Below are positions 9,408-18,528 of a DNA stretch of 64,000 nucleotides, one piece after another. The first letter of the stretch is position 1. Each line of letters begins with the position of its first letter. Origin of the DNA: Polyangiaceae bacterium. Its GTDB lineage: Bacteria; Myxococcota_A; Polyangia; Polyangiales; Polyangiaceae. Position numbers and translations under genes: made by a program. Location of the stretch: positions 111,350 to 175,349 of the forward strand of contig JBNKBE010000003.1 in the NCBI GenBank assembly GCA_050287085.1, in the 5' to 3' direction. The notes beneath the pieces are model-generated. The model saw nothing but the letters and a program-made list of their open reading frames with translations, was not told where the DNA came from and made no database searches.

Positions 9408-10697
9408 ATGGATCCCAGCCTCTTCGCTGACCACCGTACTCGTATCCAAACGTCTCTGGGTGAAGCTGTACTCGTCGCTTTCTCCGCCCGTGAGAGCGTG
9501 CGCAACAACGATGTGCATCACCCCTTCCGACAAGACTCCGACTTCTACTACTTGACGGGAATAGAAGAACCTGATTGCGCCCTCGTCCTGAGCCAGGAGG
9601 CCGCCACCATCTTTGTCCGGCCACGCGACCCCAAACGGGAGATTTGGGACGGTCCTCGGGTCGGCGTGGAAGGAGCCAAAGCCCAGTTGAACGCGGCAGC
9701 TAGCCATCCTTTCGCCGAACTCGATGACCGACTGCCAGAGCTGCTCAAGGGTCACAAGCGTGTCTATCATGCACTCAGCGGCCACGGGGAAGACGACGCC
9801 AGGCTGCTACGCGCCGTCCGCGGCGCACAGCAGCTAACGCGTCGCGGAGGCGTCGCTCCGCACGAAGTGCACGACAGCGCGTTGCTCGTTCACGAGGCTC
9901 GGCGGATAAAGACGGCTCCCGAAGTCGCCCTCATGCAGCAGGCGGCCGACATATCGGTGGAAGCCCACCTCCTGGCGATGCGCGCTGCGCGCCCGGGCCT
10001 GGGGGAATACCAGCTCCAGGCGCTGATCGAACACCACTTTCTGAACCGTGGCGCCAGGCGTCCCGCGTATCAGACCATTGTAGGAAGCGGCCCGAATGCG
10101 ACCATCCTGCACTACATCGACAACAACAAGGTGCTCGCAGCGGGAGAGCTGGTGCTGATCGACGCAGGCTGTGAGTTTTCCTATTATGCCGCCGATATCA
10201 CACGGACCTTTCCGGTTGGAGGTCAGTTCACTACGGCACAACGTGCGATCTACGACGTCGTAGCAGGCGCACAACAAGCCGCAATCGCCAAGGCCGTTCC
10301 GGGGGCGACCGCAATGGACATTCACCTAGCGGCGGTCGAAGTCCTCACCCAGGGCCTGCTGGATCTTGACCTACTGCAAGGCAGTTTGGCCGAAGCTCTC
10401 GAAACCAAAGCTTATCAACCCTACTACATGCATTCGACGGGACATCTCTTGGGAATGGACGTCCACGACGTCGGCCGCACCCACGACGGCGACGCTCCCC
10501 GAGCTTTGCTCCCCGGCTGCGTTGTCACGGTAGAGCCGGGGCTCTATTTTTCCGATTCACCGGACACCCCAGAAACGTATCGCGGCATTGGCATCAGAAT
10601 CGAAGACGACATTCTCATTACAGAAGACGGCCATCGAAACCTGACGGCAGCGCTGCCGACTGCGGCTCGCGACATCGAGCAGGCGTGCTCAAATTGA
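9408..10697 (+). CDS. pepP: Xaa-Pro aminopeptidase (M24B)
   Basis: FRQDSDFYYLTG, IWDG, LIDAGCE..YAADITRT, HSTGHLLGMDVHD, TVEPGLY, GIRIEDD. Start set at ATG 9408 (MDPSLF). Confidence 0.93.
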   Translation: MDPSLFADHRTRIQTSLGEAVLVAFSARESVRNNDVHHPFRQDSDFYYLTGIEEPDCALVLSQEAATIFVRPRDPKREIWDGPRVGVEGAKAQLNAAASHPFAELDDRLPELLKGHKRVYHALSGHGEDDARLLRAVRGAQQLTRRGGVAPHEVHDSALLVHEARRIKTAPEVALMQQAADISVEAHLLAMRAARPGLGEYQLQALIEHHFLNRGARRPAYQTIVGSGPNATILHYIDNNKVLAAGELVLIDAGCEFSYYAADITRTFPVGGQFTTAQRAIYDVVAGAQQAAIAKAVPGATAMDIHLAAVEVLTQGLLDLDLLQGSLAEALETKAYQPYYMHSTGHLLGMDVHDVGRTHDGDAPRALLPGCVVTVEPGLYFSDSPDTPETYRGIGIRIEDDILITEDGHRNLTAALPTAARDIEQACSN

Positions 10698-10702
10698 ATA
10701 GG

Positions 10703-10744
10703 CGACAGCGCTCGAAAGAACACCCAGTTTCTTTGCGGCTGTCG
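10703..10744. terminator. Imperfect hairpin between convergent pepP and rluB; possible bidirectional terminator
   Basis: CGACAGC...AAAGAA-loop-TTCTTT...GCTGTCG; no strong U-tract. Confidence 0.3.
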
Positions 10745-10783
10745 GTGTTGAACGAGCCGCCAAGCGCTCAACCTGGAACAAGC

Positions 10784-11698
10784 TCAATCCGGTACAATGC
10801 GCTTGCCTCGCGCGGCAGCGCGAGCCTTGGCCACAGCGCTAGCTCGCGCCGCTGAGCGCTTCTTGACCAGCGGCGCCCCGTCGACGACGCCCTTGCTACT
10901 GGGTCCCTTGTTCTTGGCGCGCGCGCGTCGGATCTGCTGCTGGTTAGGCAAAGGCGGCGCCGGCCATATGCGCTTGGGAACGCCATAGGTCTTCTTGACG
11001 TCGGTAAGTTCTTCCTTCGACAGGTAGCGCCATTGACCGGGACGAAGCCCTTCGTGACTCAAACCCGCGAACGCCACGCGCGCCAAGCGCAGCACGGTAT
11101 TGCCGGTGGCCTCGCCCAAGCGATGGATATGACGATTCTTTCCCTCACGCAGGGTGATTTCCAGCCAGGTCTTGTCCTCTTCGACGCGCAGGCGTCGGAC
11201 CTCCGCGGGACGTGTTAAAACGCCTTCAACGTCGATCGGTTGCTGCCAGCGCTCCACGTCAGCGTCTGTCAGCACACCACGCACCTTGGCCACATACTGT
11301 TTGGGCACCGCGTGTTTGGGGTCTAAGAGGGCGGCCGCAAAGTCCCCGTCGTTGGTCAAGAGCAACAGGCCACTTGTATGATAGTCGAGCCGCCCCACTG
11401 GGACGACTCGGCCCTGGGCCCCCGTAACGTAAGCGGCCACCGTCTCTCGGCCCTCCGGGTCGCTCATGGTGCACACGACGCCCCGAGGCTTGTGGAACAT
11501 CACGTAGACAAAGGGCTCTGCCTCGACGCGTCGGCCGTTGACCGTGATGTTCTGTCGCCGCGCATCCGCCTTCGTGCCCAACTCGCGGACGACGCGGCCA
11601 TCCACGCGCACTCGCCCCTCCTCGATCAACACCTCTGCGGCGCGACGGGAGGAAACGCCCGCGCGGGCGAGGATCTTTTGAAGACGTTCAAGTGCCAT
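10784..11698 (-). CDS. rluB: rRNA pseudouridine synthase, RsuA/RluB family, with S4 domain and basic C-terminal tail
   Basis: ERLQKILARAGVSSRR (S4), HKPRGVVCT..DPEGR, PVGRLD (catalytic Asp), LREGKNRHI. Start set at ATG 11698. Confidence 0.88.
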   Translation of the reverse strand: MALERLQKILARAGVSSRRAAEVLIEEGRVRVDGRVVRELGTKADARRQNITVNGRRVEAEPFVYVMFHKPRGVVCTMSDPEGRETVAAYVTGAQGRVVPVGRLDYHTSGLLLLTNDGDFAAALLDPKHAVPKQYVAKVRGVLTDADVERWQQPIDVEGVLTRPAEVRRLRVEEDKTWLEITLREGKNRHIHRLGEATGNTVLRLARVAFAGLSHEGLRPGQWRYLSKEELTDVKKTYGVPKRIWPAPPLPNQQQIRRARAKNKGPSSKGVVDGAPLVKKRSAARASAVAKARAAARGKRIVPD

Positions 11699-11835
11699 AA
11701 GCCGTAAGGGAGTCTGGCCTGGTAGCGCTGACACGCCGGTTTCGCAAGGGACAATACCGACCGCCTCGCTCGCCGGGGTGCCCCTGAAGCCCCCACCGAA
11801 GTGGCACTGGAACGCGTATCAGCCTGGGCCGGCTC

Positions 11836-12576
11836 TTAGCGAGGAGCCTGAGGTTGCACTGCAGCGGCTTCATTTGCGCTCGTCTGGGCTGGGTCTGGAG
11901 CACCGGACGCCCCCGCTTGAGCTTCTTCACTGCGCTTTCGCGCACGCTCGCGCTCATACGCCTGATCGCGCTGCCAACGATCCACCTGACCATCCCCATC
12001 GACGTCTTTCCCCACCCGCCGCAAGCGTCCCTGATCATACACCTCCCAGGTATCGACCTTGCCGTCGAGCGAGGTGTCGCGACGCGCGCGGGCCAATTTG
12101 CCACCTGAGTACACGCGAAACTCGTCCGGGACACCGTCGCCGTTGACGTCGATCCGCGCCTCTGTCACCTGGGCGCCGCTGAAGCGAAGCCACGTATCGA
12201 TCTTCCCGTCGTAGTCCGCGTCCGCGATCTCTTCCACCGGCAGTCCGCGGGTGCTGTAGGTGCGAAAAACGTCCTTGATGCCGTCGAGGTTGGTGTCGAT
12301 TTCCCGGCACCGAAGCACCCGTTCCCCCGCTTGCCCAGGTCCCACTTCAAAGACCCTGCGAATGTTCTTATGCTGGGCGCCAGCGCCCCGGAACTCGAGC
12401 GCTGCGCGCTCCTTGCTGACGGCCCGTTGGCAGCGAGAGTGATCGTCAGCGGGTACCCTATACTCCACAACCCGTGCCTCGGCAGGCGGAGCCGCCGCGC
12501 TACAGGCAGGCAATGCAAGCGCAGCCCACACGGCGCCGCCCAGGTTCCAGGCCCGAGCCACCTCATCGCGCGTCAC
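11836..12576 (-). CDS. Lipoprotein with tandem DxD/NxDG beta-hairpin repeats
   Basis: Lipobox LPAC; repeats DTNLDG, DADYDG, DVNGDG, DTSLDG, DVDGDG. GTG 12576 overlaps the upstream TGA (GTGA). Confidence 0.75.
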   Translation of the reverse strand: MTRDEVARAWNLGGAVWAALALPACSAAAPPAEARVVEYRVPADDHSRCQRAVSKERAALEFRGAGAQHKNIRRVFEVGPGQAGERVLRCREIDTNLDGIKDVFRTYSTRGLPVEEIADADYDGKIDTWLRFSGAQVTEARIDVNGDGVPDEFRVYSGGKLARARRDTSLDGKVDTWEVYDQGRLRRVGKDVDGDGQVDRWQRDQAYERERARKRSEEAQAGASGAPDPAQTSANEAAAVQPQAPR

Positions 12577-13361
12577 GGAGCAGGTGCCTTCCCGGGAAGC
12601 GCTGGGGGGTTGGGGGCCGTTGCGGGCGCGTTGTCCGCCCCATCGCGGGCGAGCGGAGCACCGCTTTCTGCAGTCGCTTCGCCTTCGGCGGGCGCGGAAA
12701 CCGGGGACCCTCCGCTCGAGGCGGCAGCAGCCTTGTCTTCGCAGATGGCAACAGTGGCCCCTGGATCGGGTCGTCCGTCGCCGTCCACATCGGAATGAAT
12801 CAGGGGACACTCGGGGTGGGCCGGATCGGGATACTCCCACCACTGGTCGAGATACCCATCCAGGTCTGCGTCGCGCCGGGTCACCGCCAATTGGCCCCCT
12901 TTGTACACTTGCCAGGTGTCAAGCGCTCCCCCAAGCGTCGTTGCTCGCCGTTTCTCGCTCAGATGCCCAGAGACATACAGAGCGATTTCGTCGATGCGAC
13001 CATCGCGATCGAAGTCGGCTTCGCGCCGAACCAACTGCCCTTTGGCGTTGTAGTAGGTCCAGCTGTCCGGTTGCCCGTCGAGATTCAGATCGAAGACGCG
13101 GCAACGTCCGCCGCTGCCGTCGGGCGCCGTCCGGACGTCGGCTCGGCCGTCGCGATTCGCGTCCAAGCCCTTGTAGTCCTTGGCGTCAGCTGCACAGGGT
13201 TGATGTTCAATGCGTGTGTCCACGGCGGTTCGATAGTCAGGCCCACTGCTAGCTCCTCCTCCGCCGCCCCCGCAGCCGCACAAGCCCACCGCGAGGACAA
13301 GGGTAAGGCCCAGAGGACCCCCGGGTAGCGCGGAGTAGAATTGATCCCTCAAACGAGACAT
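12573..13361 (-). CDS. Lipoprotein with tandem DxD/NxDG beta-hairpin repeats (probable paralog of the downstream gene)
   Basis: Lipobox LCGC followed by poly-Gly; repeats DANRDG, DLNLDG, DFDRDG, DADLDG, DVDGDG. GGAG upstream of the ATG. Confidence 0.8.
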   Translation of the reverse strand: MSRLRDQFYSALPGGPLGLTLVLAVGLCGCGGGGGGASSGPDYRTAVDTRIEHQPCAADAKDYKGLDANRDGRADVRTAPDGSGGRCRVFDLNLDGQPDSWTYYNAKGQLVRREADFDRDGRIDEIALYVSGHLSEKRRATTLGGALDTWQVYKGGQLAVTRRDADLDGYLDQWWEYPDPAHPECPLIHSDVDGDGRPDPGATVAICEDKAAAASSGGSPVSAPAEGEATAESGAPLARDGADNAPATAPNPPALPGKAPAP

Positions 13362-13508
13362 TGTTGGTGATCTCCGATGTCCGGGACAAACGGACCCCCC
13401 GGAGCTGAGAAACAGGCCTTCGCAAGACTACGGCATCGTCGGATTCGCGCTACGGGAGATTCCTTCCGGAGGAAGCCGACTCATCGTGCCGCGGCCCGCC
13501 GGCCCACA

Positions 13509-13537
13509 TTGACAATATACATATGTGAATCTAATGT
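13509..13537 (+). promoter_or_regulatory. Near-consensus sigma70 promoter TTGACA-N17-TAATGT overlapping palindromic sites
   Basis: Perfect -35, 17-nt spacer and TAATGT -10 in an AT-rich island 30 nt upstream of the RHH gene. Contains the palindrome ACATATGT (13519-13526). Confidence 0.8.
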
Positions 13538-13567
13538 AACGACTGGCCATTTAGAAGCCGGCGCGAA

Positions 13568-13774
13568 ATGTCACGCAAGAAGGTCTCCACGACGGTCTAC
13601 ATCACCGCTGAACAGAGCGAAGCTCTGCGGCTTTTGCACGACCGGACGAAGGTACCCGTCGCCGTGTACATTCGAGAAGGGATCGATCTCGTACTGAAGC
13701 AGTATGGGGATCAACTGCCGGGTCAAATGTCGCTGACGGACGCGGTCCCACCGCCGGGCAAGAAACGCAGATAG
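13568..13774 (+). CDS. Ribbon-helix-helix DNA-binding protein
   Basis: KKVSTTVYIT (ribbon), EQSEALRLLHDRT (helix A), PVAVYIREGIDLVL (helix B). Confidence 0.85.
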   Translation: MSRKKVSTTVYITAEQSEALRLLHDRTKVPVAVYIREGIDLVLKQYGDQLPGQMSLTDAVPPPGKKRR

Positions 13775-13989
13775 TCGGGACACCTTCGACGAACGGTAGA
13801 ACGTCCCAACGGGCGTCGCTGGGGCCCTGCCCCGGCTCAAGAAGGCGAAAGCAACCCGACCCTAAATCAGCGGGGCGCGCGTCCCGTACCACGGCTCGGC
13901 GTGGCCGCGTCCGCGACTCAGACCTGCGGCGAGCGTTGCGGGCACGCGGAATGTGGTGCTAAGGGCCCAGCCAAACCAATACGACTGCA

Positions 13990-15795
13990 ATGAGCACCGA
14001 TCCCAGCAAGATCCGCAACTTCTCCATCATCGCTCATATCGACCACGGCAAGAGCACGCTCGCCGATCGCATCATGGACGTGACGGGAGCTTTAACCGAC
14101 CGCGAGAAGAAGGCGCAGTTCCTCGATAAGATGGATCTGGAGCGCGAACGCGGCATCACCATCAAGGCACAAAACGTGCGCCTCGCCTACAAGGCGGACG
14201 ACGGCGTCACGTATCAATTGCAGCTGATCGACACCCCCGGACACGTGGACTTCTCCTATGAAGTGAGCAACAGCCTTGAAGCGTGTGAAGGGGCACTGCT
14301 CGTGGTCGACTCAACGCAAGGAGTGCAGGCACAGACCGTCGCCAACGTCTACCTTGCGATCGACAAGAACCTGGAGCTCATCCCGGTGCTCAACAAGGTG
14401 GACCTTCCATCATCAGACATCGACCGCACCGTCGAAATGATCGAAGAAGTGATCGGACTGGATTGTAGCGGCGCCATCATGTGCAGCGGCAAGACGGGGA
14501 TCGGGGTCAAAGAGCTTCTCGAGGCGGTTGTGCAACGGGTCCCAGCCCCAACGGGAGATCCTGAAGCCCCTCTGCGGGCACTCGTCTTCGACAGCTGGTA
14601 CGACAGCTACCGCGGTGCCATGGTCATGTTGCGCATCGTCGATGGAACGCTGCGCAAAGGCGACAAGGTTCGGTTCATGGCAACCGGAGTAGTCTGCGAA
14701 GCCACTGAACTGGGCTGCTTCGCCCCTCACCCTAAGAACCTCACCGAGCTGGGTCCCGGAGAAGTAGGGTTTCTCGCAGGCAATATCAAGAGCGTCGAAG
14801 ACACCAAGATCGGCGACACGTTGACCCTTGCCAAAGGCGGGGCCACAGCCCCCCTTCCCGGCTTCAAAGAGGTCAAGCCCATGGTATTTGCCGGGCTCTT
14901 TCCGACCGATTCAGCCGACTACGAGGACCTGCGTGACGCGCTGTCGAAACTCCATCTCAACGACGCTTCCTTCGAATTCGAACCCGACACGTCGGACGCA
15001 CTGGGTTTCGGCTTCCGCTGCGGCTTCCTCGGTTTGCTCCACATGGAGATCATCCAGGAGCGTCTTGAACGCGAATACAATCTCGATCTGATCACCACCG
15101 CGCCCAGCGTCGTGTATCGGGTGATCACGAAGACCGGCGAGACCCTAACCGTAGACAATCCGTCGAAAATGCCGGAGCCAGGGGACATCTCGTGCATCGA
15201 AGAGCCCATCATGAACGTGACCGTGCACGTTCCGGCTGAGTACGTAGGCGCCGTGGTAGCGCTATGCGAAGAGCGCCGCGGTGTGCAGAAGGATATCTCG
15301 TTCTCGACCCAGGACCACGTGGTCATCACCTACGACTTGCCTCACGCCGAGGTGCTTCTCGACTTGCATGATCGCCTCAAGAGTGTGTCGCGAGGTTATG
15401 CCAGCATGGACTATGAACTCGTCGGATACCGCGCCGACGACTTGGTCAAGCTCGATCTCCTTGTCAACGGCGAGCCCCTTGACGCCTTGAGCGTGATCGT
15501 CCACCGAGAGAGAGCCTACTCACGAGGACGAGCGCTGGCCGAAAAGCTCAAAGAACTCATTCCTCGCCAACAATACGAAGTAGCCATCCAGGCCGCCCTC
15601 GGCAGCAAGGTTATCAGCCGGACGACGATCCGCGCGATGCGCAAAGACGTCACGGCCAAGTGTTATGGTGGCGACATCAGCCGCAAGCGCAAACTGCTCG
15701 AGAAGCAGAAGGAAGGCAAGAAGCGGATGAAGGCGGTCGGCAGCGTAGAGGTGCCTCAGGAGGCATTCCTCGCCGTATTGAAGCTCGATCAATAA
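13990..15795 (+). CDS. lepA: Translation elongation factor 4
   Basis: [79 protein letters not shown]. Confidence 0.99.
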   Translation: MSTDPSKIRNFSIIAHIDHGKSTLADRIMDVTGALTDREKKAQFLDKMDLERERGITIKAQNVRLAYKADDGVTYQLQLIDTPGHVDFSYEVSNSLEACEGALLVVDSTQGVQAQTVANVYLAIDKNLELIPVLNKVDLPSSDIDRTVEMIEEVIGLDCSGAIMCSGKTGIGVKELLEAVVQRVPAPTGDPEAPLRALVFDSWYDSYRGAMVMLRIVDGTLRKGDKVRFMATGVVCEATELGCFAPHPKNLTELGPGEVGFLAGNIKSVEDTKIGDTLTLAKGGATAPLPGFKEVKPMVFAGLFPTDSADYEDLRDALSKLHLNDASFEFEPDTSDALGFGFRCGFLGLLHMEIIQERLEREYNLDLITTAPSVVYRVITKTGETLTVDNPSKMPEPGDISCIEEPIMNVTVHVPAEYVGAVVALCEERRGVQKDISFSTQDHVVITYDLPHAEVLLDLHDRLKSVSRGYASMDYELVGYRADDLVKLDLLVNGEPLDALSVIVHRERAYSRGRALAEKLKELIPRQQYEVAIQAALGSKVISRTTIRAMRKDVTAKCYGGDISRKRKLLEKQKEGKKRMKAVGSVEVPQEAFLAVLKLDQ

Positions 15796-15875
15796 ACCCG
15801 ACAACCCGCCCGAAACCGATTGCGGGATGCGCTCAGCCATCCCGGCCCTACACTGGCATCCTGCGCCACGCTCCT

Positions 15876-17249
15876 ATGAACACCGAACTCTTTCAAGATG
15901 CCCTCAACCGCCTCAACCAAGACAAGCCCAGCGACGCACGGCTTCGCTACGAGGAGCGGATCGCCTTCGGTCCAGCGCTGAAGCTGGATGTGTTCAGCTT
16001 AGGCAACGGCCTGCGAATCCTGCTCCTGGAGGAGCATAGCGCGGCCGTTCTCGCGTTTCACAGTTGGTTTCGGGTCGGCTCTCGTCATGAGCGCACCGGC
16101 AAGACCGGGCTCGCCCATCTCTTCGAACACTTGATGTTCAACGAGACGGAACACCTGCCACGAGGACAATTCGATCGCGAGCTAGAAGCCGTGGGAGCCG
16201 AAAGCAACGCCTCGACCTGGCTCGATTTCACCCAATACAACATCTCGGCGCCGAAAAGCGAGCTGGCTCGTTTGGTGCGCATGGAGGCCGATCGGATGGA
16301 GAATCTCATCCTCCGTCCGGCGCAGGTCGACTCGGAAAAGGAAGTGGTTGCTAACGAACGCCGCTTCCGCGTGGACGACGACGTGGAAGGTACGATCAAT
16401 GAAGTGCTCTACAAGACAGCATTTCGCGAGCACGCGTATCATTGGCCGACGATCGGGTGGATGGAGGACATAGAAGGCTTCACCCCCGAGGATTGTGCAG
16501 CCTTCTACCAAACGTACTACGCTCCCAATAACGCGATCCTCGTGTTGGTCGGCGACTTCGAGACCCCTGAAGCGCTGCGTGTCATTCAGGAAGCATACGG
16601 ACACTTGCCCGCGGCAAAGCTGCCCGTCGAAGATGTTCATCCCGAACCGCCGCAAACCGAACAACGCCGCGTGACTTTGCGCAAGCCGACGCCCACCGAG
16701 AAGCTCTGCATTGGGTACAAGGGGCCCGCTCTGGGAGACTTTGATCACATCCCGCTCAGTTTGCTCACAGAGATCCTCACGGGAGGTCGCTCCTCCCGTC
16801 TCTACCGGAGACTGGTGCGAGAACTAGAAGTCGCGTCCGAACTGCGTGCGTTTGTCGGCCCGTTCCGAGAACCGGGTTTGCTCGAGATATACGTAGCGGC
16901 TCGTGACGGCCATAGCGCCGAGGCCATTCTGAGTGTCATCGATGAGGAGACGGAACGTCTCGTTCGCGATGGAGTCACGGACGAAGAGATGAACCGCACT
17001 CAGGCACGCTTCGAATTGGGCTTGCTCCACGCACTTGAAAGCGCTGACGGAAAAGCCCAAACCATAGGCTTCTACGACTGCGTTCTGGGAGAGCCCGACG
17101 CCGCGTTTCGACGACTGGACGCGCTGCGTCGCGTGACCCCAAGCGACCTGCTACGAGTCGCACGCCGCTACCTGCGCCCGGAAGGACGCACCGTGGTCAT
17201 TACATTGAAATCAGAAGACAAGCCGTCCACGGCTGAGGTGGTGCAGTGA
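15876..17249 (+). CDS. M16 family zinc metallopeptidase, catalytic subunit
   Basis: GLAHLFEHLMF (HxxEH), NAST, E..VV.NERR, HAYHWPTIGW, YYAPNNA. Start set at ATG 15876. Confidence 0.92.
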   Translation: MNTELFQDALNRLNQDKPSDARLRYEERIAFGPALKLDVFSLGNGLRILLLEEHSAAVLAFHSWFRVGSRHERTGKTGLAHLFEHLMFNETEHLPRGQFDRELEAVGAESNASTWLDFTQYNISAPKSELARLVRMEADRMENLILRPAQVDSEKEVVANERRFRVDDDVEGTINEVLYKTAFREHAYHWPTIGWMEDIEGFTPEDCAAFYQTYYAPNNAILVLVGDFETPEALRVIQEAYGHLPAAKLPVEDVHPEPPQTEQRRVTLRKPTPTEKLCIGYKGPALGDFDHIPLSLLTEILTGGRSSRLYRRLVRELEVASELRAFVGPFREPGLLEIYVAARDGHSAEAILSVIDEETERLVRDGVTDEEMNRTQARFELGLLHALESADGKAQTIGFYDCVLGEPDAAFRRLDALRRVTPSDLLRVARRYLRPEGRTVVITLKSEDKPSTAEVVQ

Positions 17250-18520
17250 CGAAACTACTGGTCGAAACCGATACCGCACTGCCGCTCGTACACGTGAGCG
17301 TCACCGCGCCTAACGGCAGCTCATTGGATCCGATGGGCAAAGAGGGGCTAAGCCGGCTCTGCCTGCGGCTCATGCGACGTACCGCTGGGGGCAGAGCGGC
17401 CAACGAAGTTGACGCCCTGATCGACCAGCTGGGCGCCGGACTTGGAGCAGAAGTCAGCTGCTCCACAGCGGGACTCTCCGGCTCCGTTCTCAGTCGGAAC
17501 CTGGACAGCTTCTCAGAACTGCTTCGCGATGCCCTCCGTGCGCCCGGTCTCGCAGAGCAAGAGTTCATGCGACTCAAGCGCGAAACGGAAGCGGAACTAC
17601 TGGAAGTACTCGACAACGATCGCACCTTGGCGCGCCGCTGGCTGCAGCGACGCCTCTTCGACAATCACCCTTTCGGGCGCAGTGTGGCGGGCACGCGAGC
17701 AAGTCTCGAAGCCATATCGCTCGCCGACGTGGCGCAGATGGTGGAGCAGACTTGGAGTGGCGCGCCAGCCACGATTGCGCTCGCTGGTGACGTGTCTGCA
17801 GCGCGCGCCGAAGCGGTAGTCAATGCGCTGAGCGATGCTGCGGTGCCCGCCGTGCCGACGTCGTTCGAGGAGCCAAAGCAGCGTTCCGGTCGGCACTTGA
17901 TCTTCGTCGACAAGCCGGAACGTACCCAAACACAAATCGCCGTGGGTGCACTCGGCACCTCGCCACGCGACGACGACCACACCGCGCTGCTCGTCGCCAA
18001 TACCGTCTTCGGTGGTACCTTCACGTCGCGCCTCACCCAGGAAGTTCGAGCGGAACGTGGCTGGTCCTACAGCGCGTACTCGTCCCTGTCATACGACCGC
18101 GCTCGGCGCGCCTTCAGCATGTGGACGTTCCCGGCCGCGAGCGACGCCGGGCCTTGTCTCGCCCTCCAACTCCAACTCCTCAATCAGTGGATCGACGACG
18201 GAATTAGCGCCGATGAACTGACGACAGCTCAGAACTACCTGGTACGTTCCAACGTATTCACGACCGACACGGCGGCCAAGCGCGTCGGCCTGCGTCAAGA
18301 AGTGCTCACCTATGGCCTGCCTGAAGACTACTACTCAGGGTACGCGGAACGGGTGCTGAGTGTAACGCGCGAAGCAGCCAACGCAGCCGTGCGCAATAGG
18401 CTAGATTCGAAGAACCTCTTCATCGTCGTCCTCGGAACCCAATCCGATATTCTGCGCGACATCGAACAAAGTGCAGGCGACCTCGATAGCCTCGAGATCA
18501 TTCCTTTCGATCGGGAATAG
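17246..18520 (+). CDS. M16 family peptidase, non-catalytic partner subunit
   Basis: M16 fold without HxxEH; retains GG.FTSRLTQEVRAERGWSY (R/Y motif). GTGA overlap with the catalytic subunit. Confidence 0.88.
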   Translation: MTKLLVETDTALPLVHVSVTAPNGSSLDPMGKEGLSRLCLRLMRRTAGGRAANEVDALIDQLGAGLGAEVSCSTAGLSGSVLSRNLDSFSELLRDALRAPGLAEQEFMRLKRETEAELLEVLDNDRTLARRWLQRRLFDNHPFGRSVAGTRASLEAISLADVAQMVEQTWSGAPATIALAGDVSAARAEAVVNALSDAAVPAVPTSFEEPKQRSGRHLIFVDKPERTQTQIAVGALGTSPRDDDHTALLVANTVFGGTFTSRLTQEVRAERGWSYSAYSSLSYDRARRAFSMWTFPAASDAGPCLALQLQLLNQWIDDGISADELTTAQNYLVRSNVFTTDTAAKRVGLRQEVLTYGLPEDYYSGYAERVLSVTREAANAAVRNRLDSKNLFIVVLGTQSDILRDIEQSAGDLDSLEIIPFDRE

Positions 18521-18528
18521 GCCGCGGC

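Noticed and set aside
13568..13774. RHH protein as CdbA/CdbB or as an antitoxin
   Set aside because: It lacks the RKQSLYFP...RSLSW pattern I recall for CdbA, and no toxin-like ORF is adjacent.
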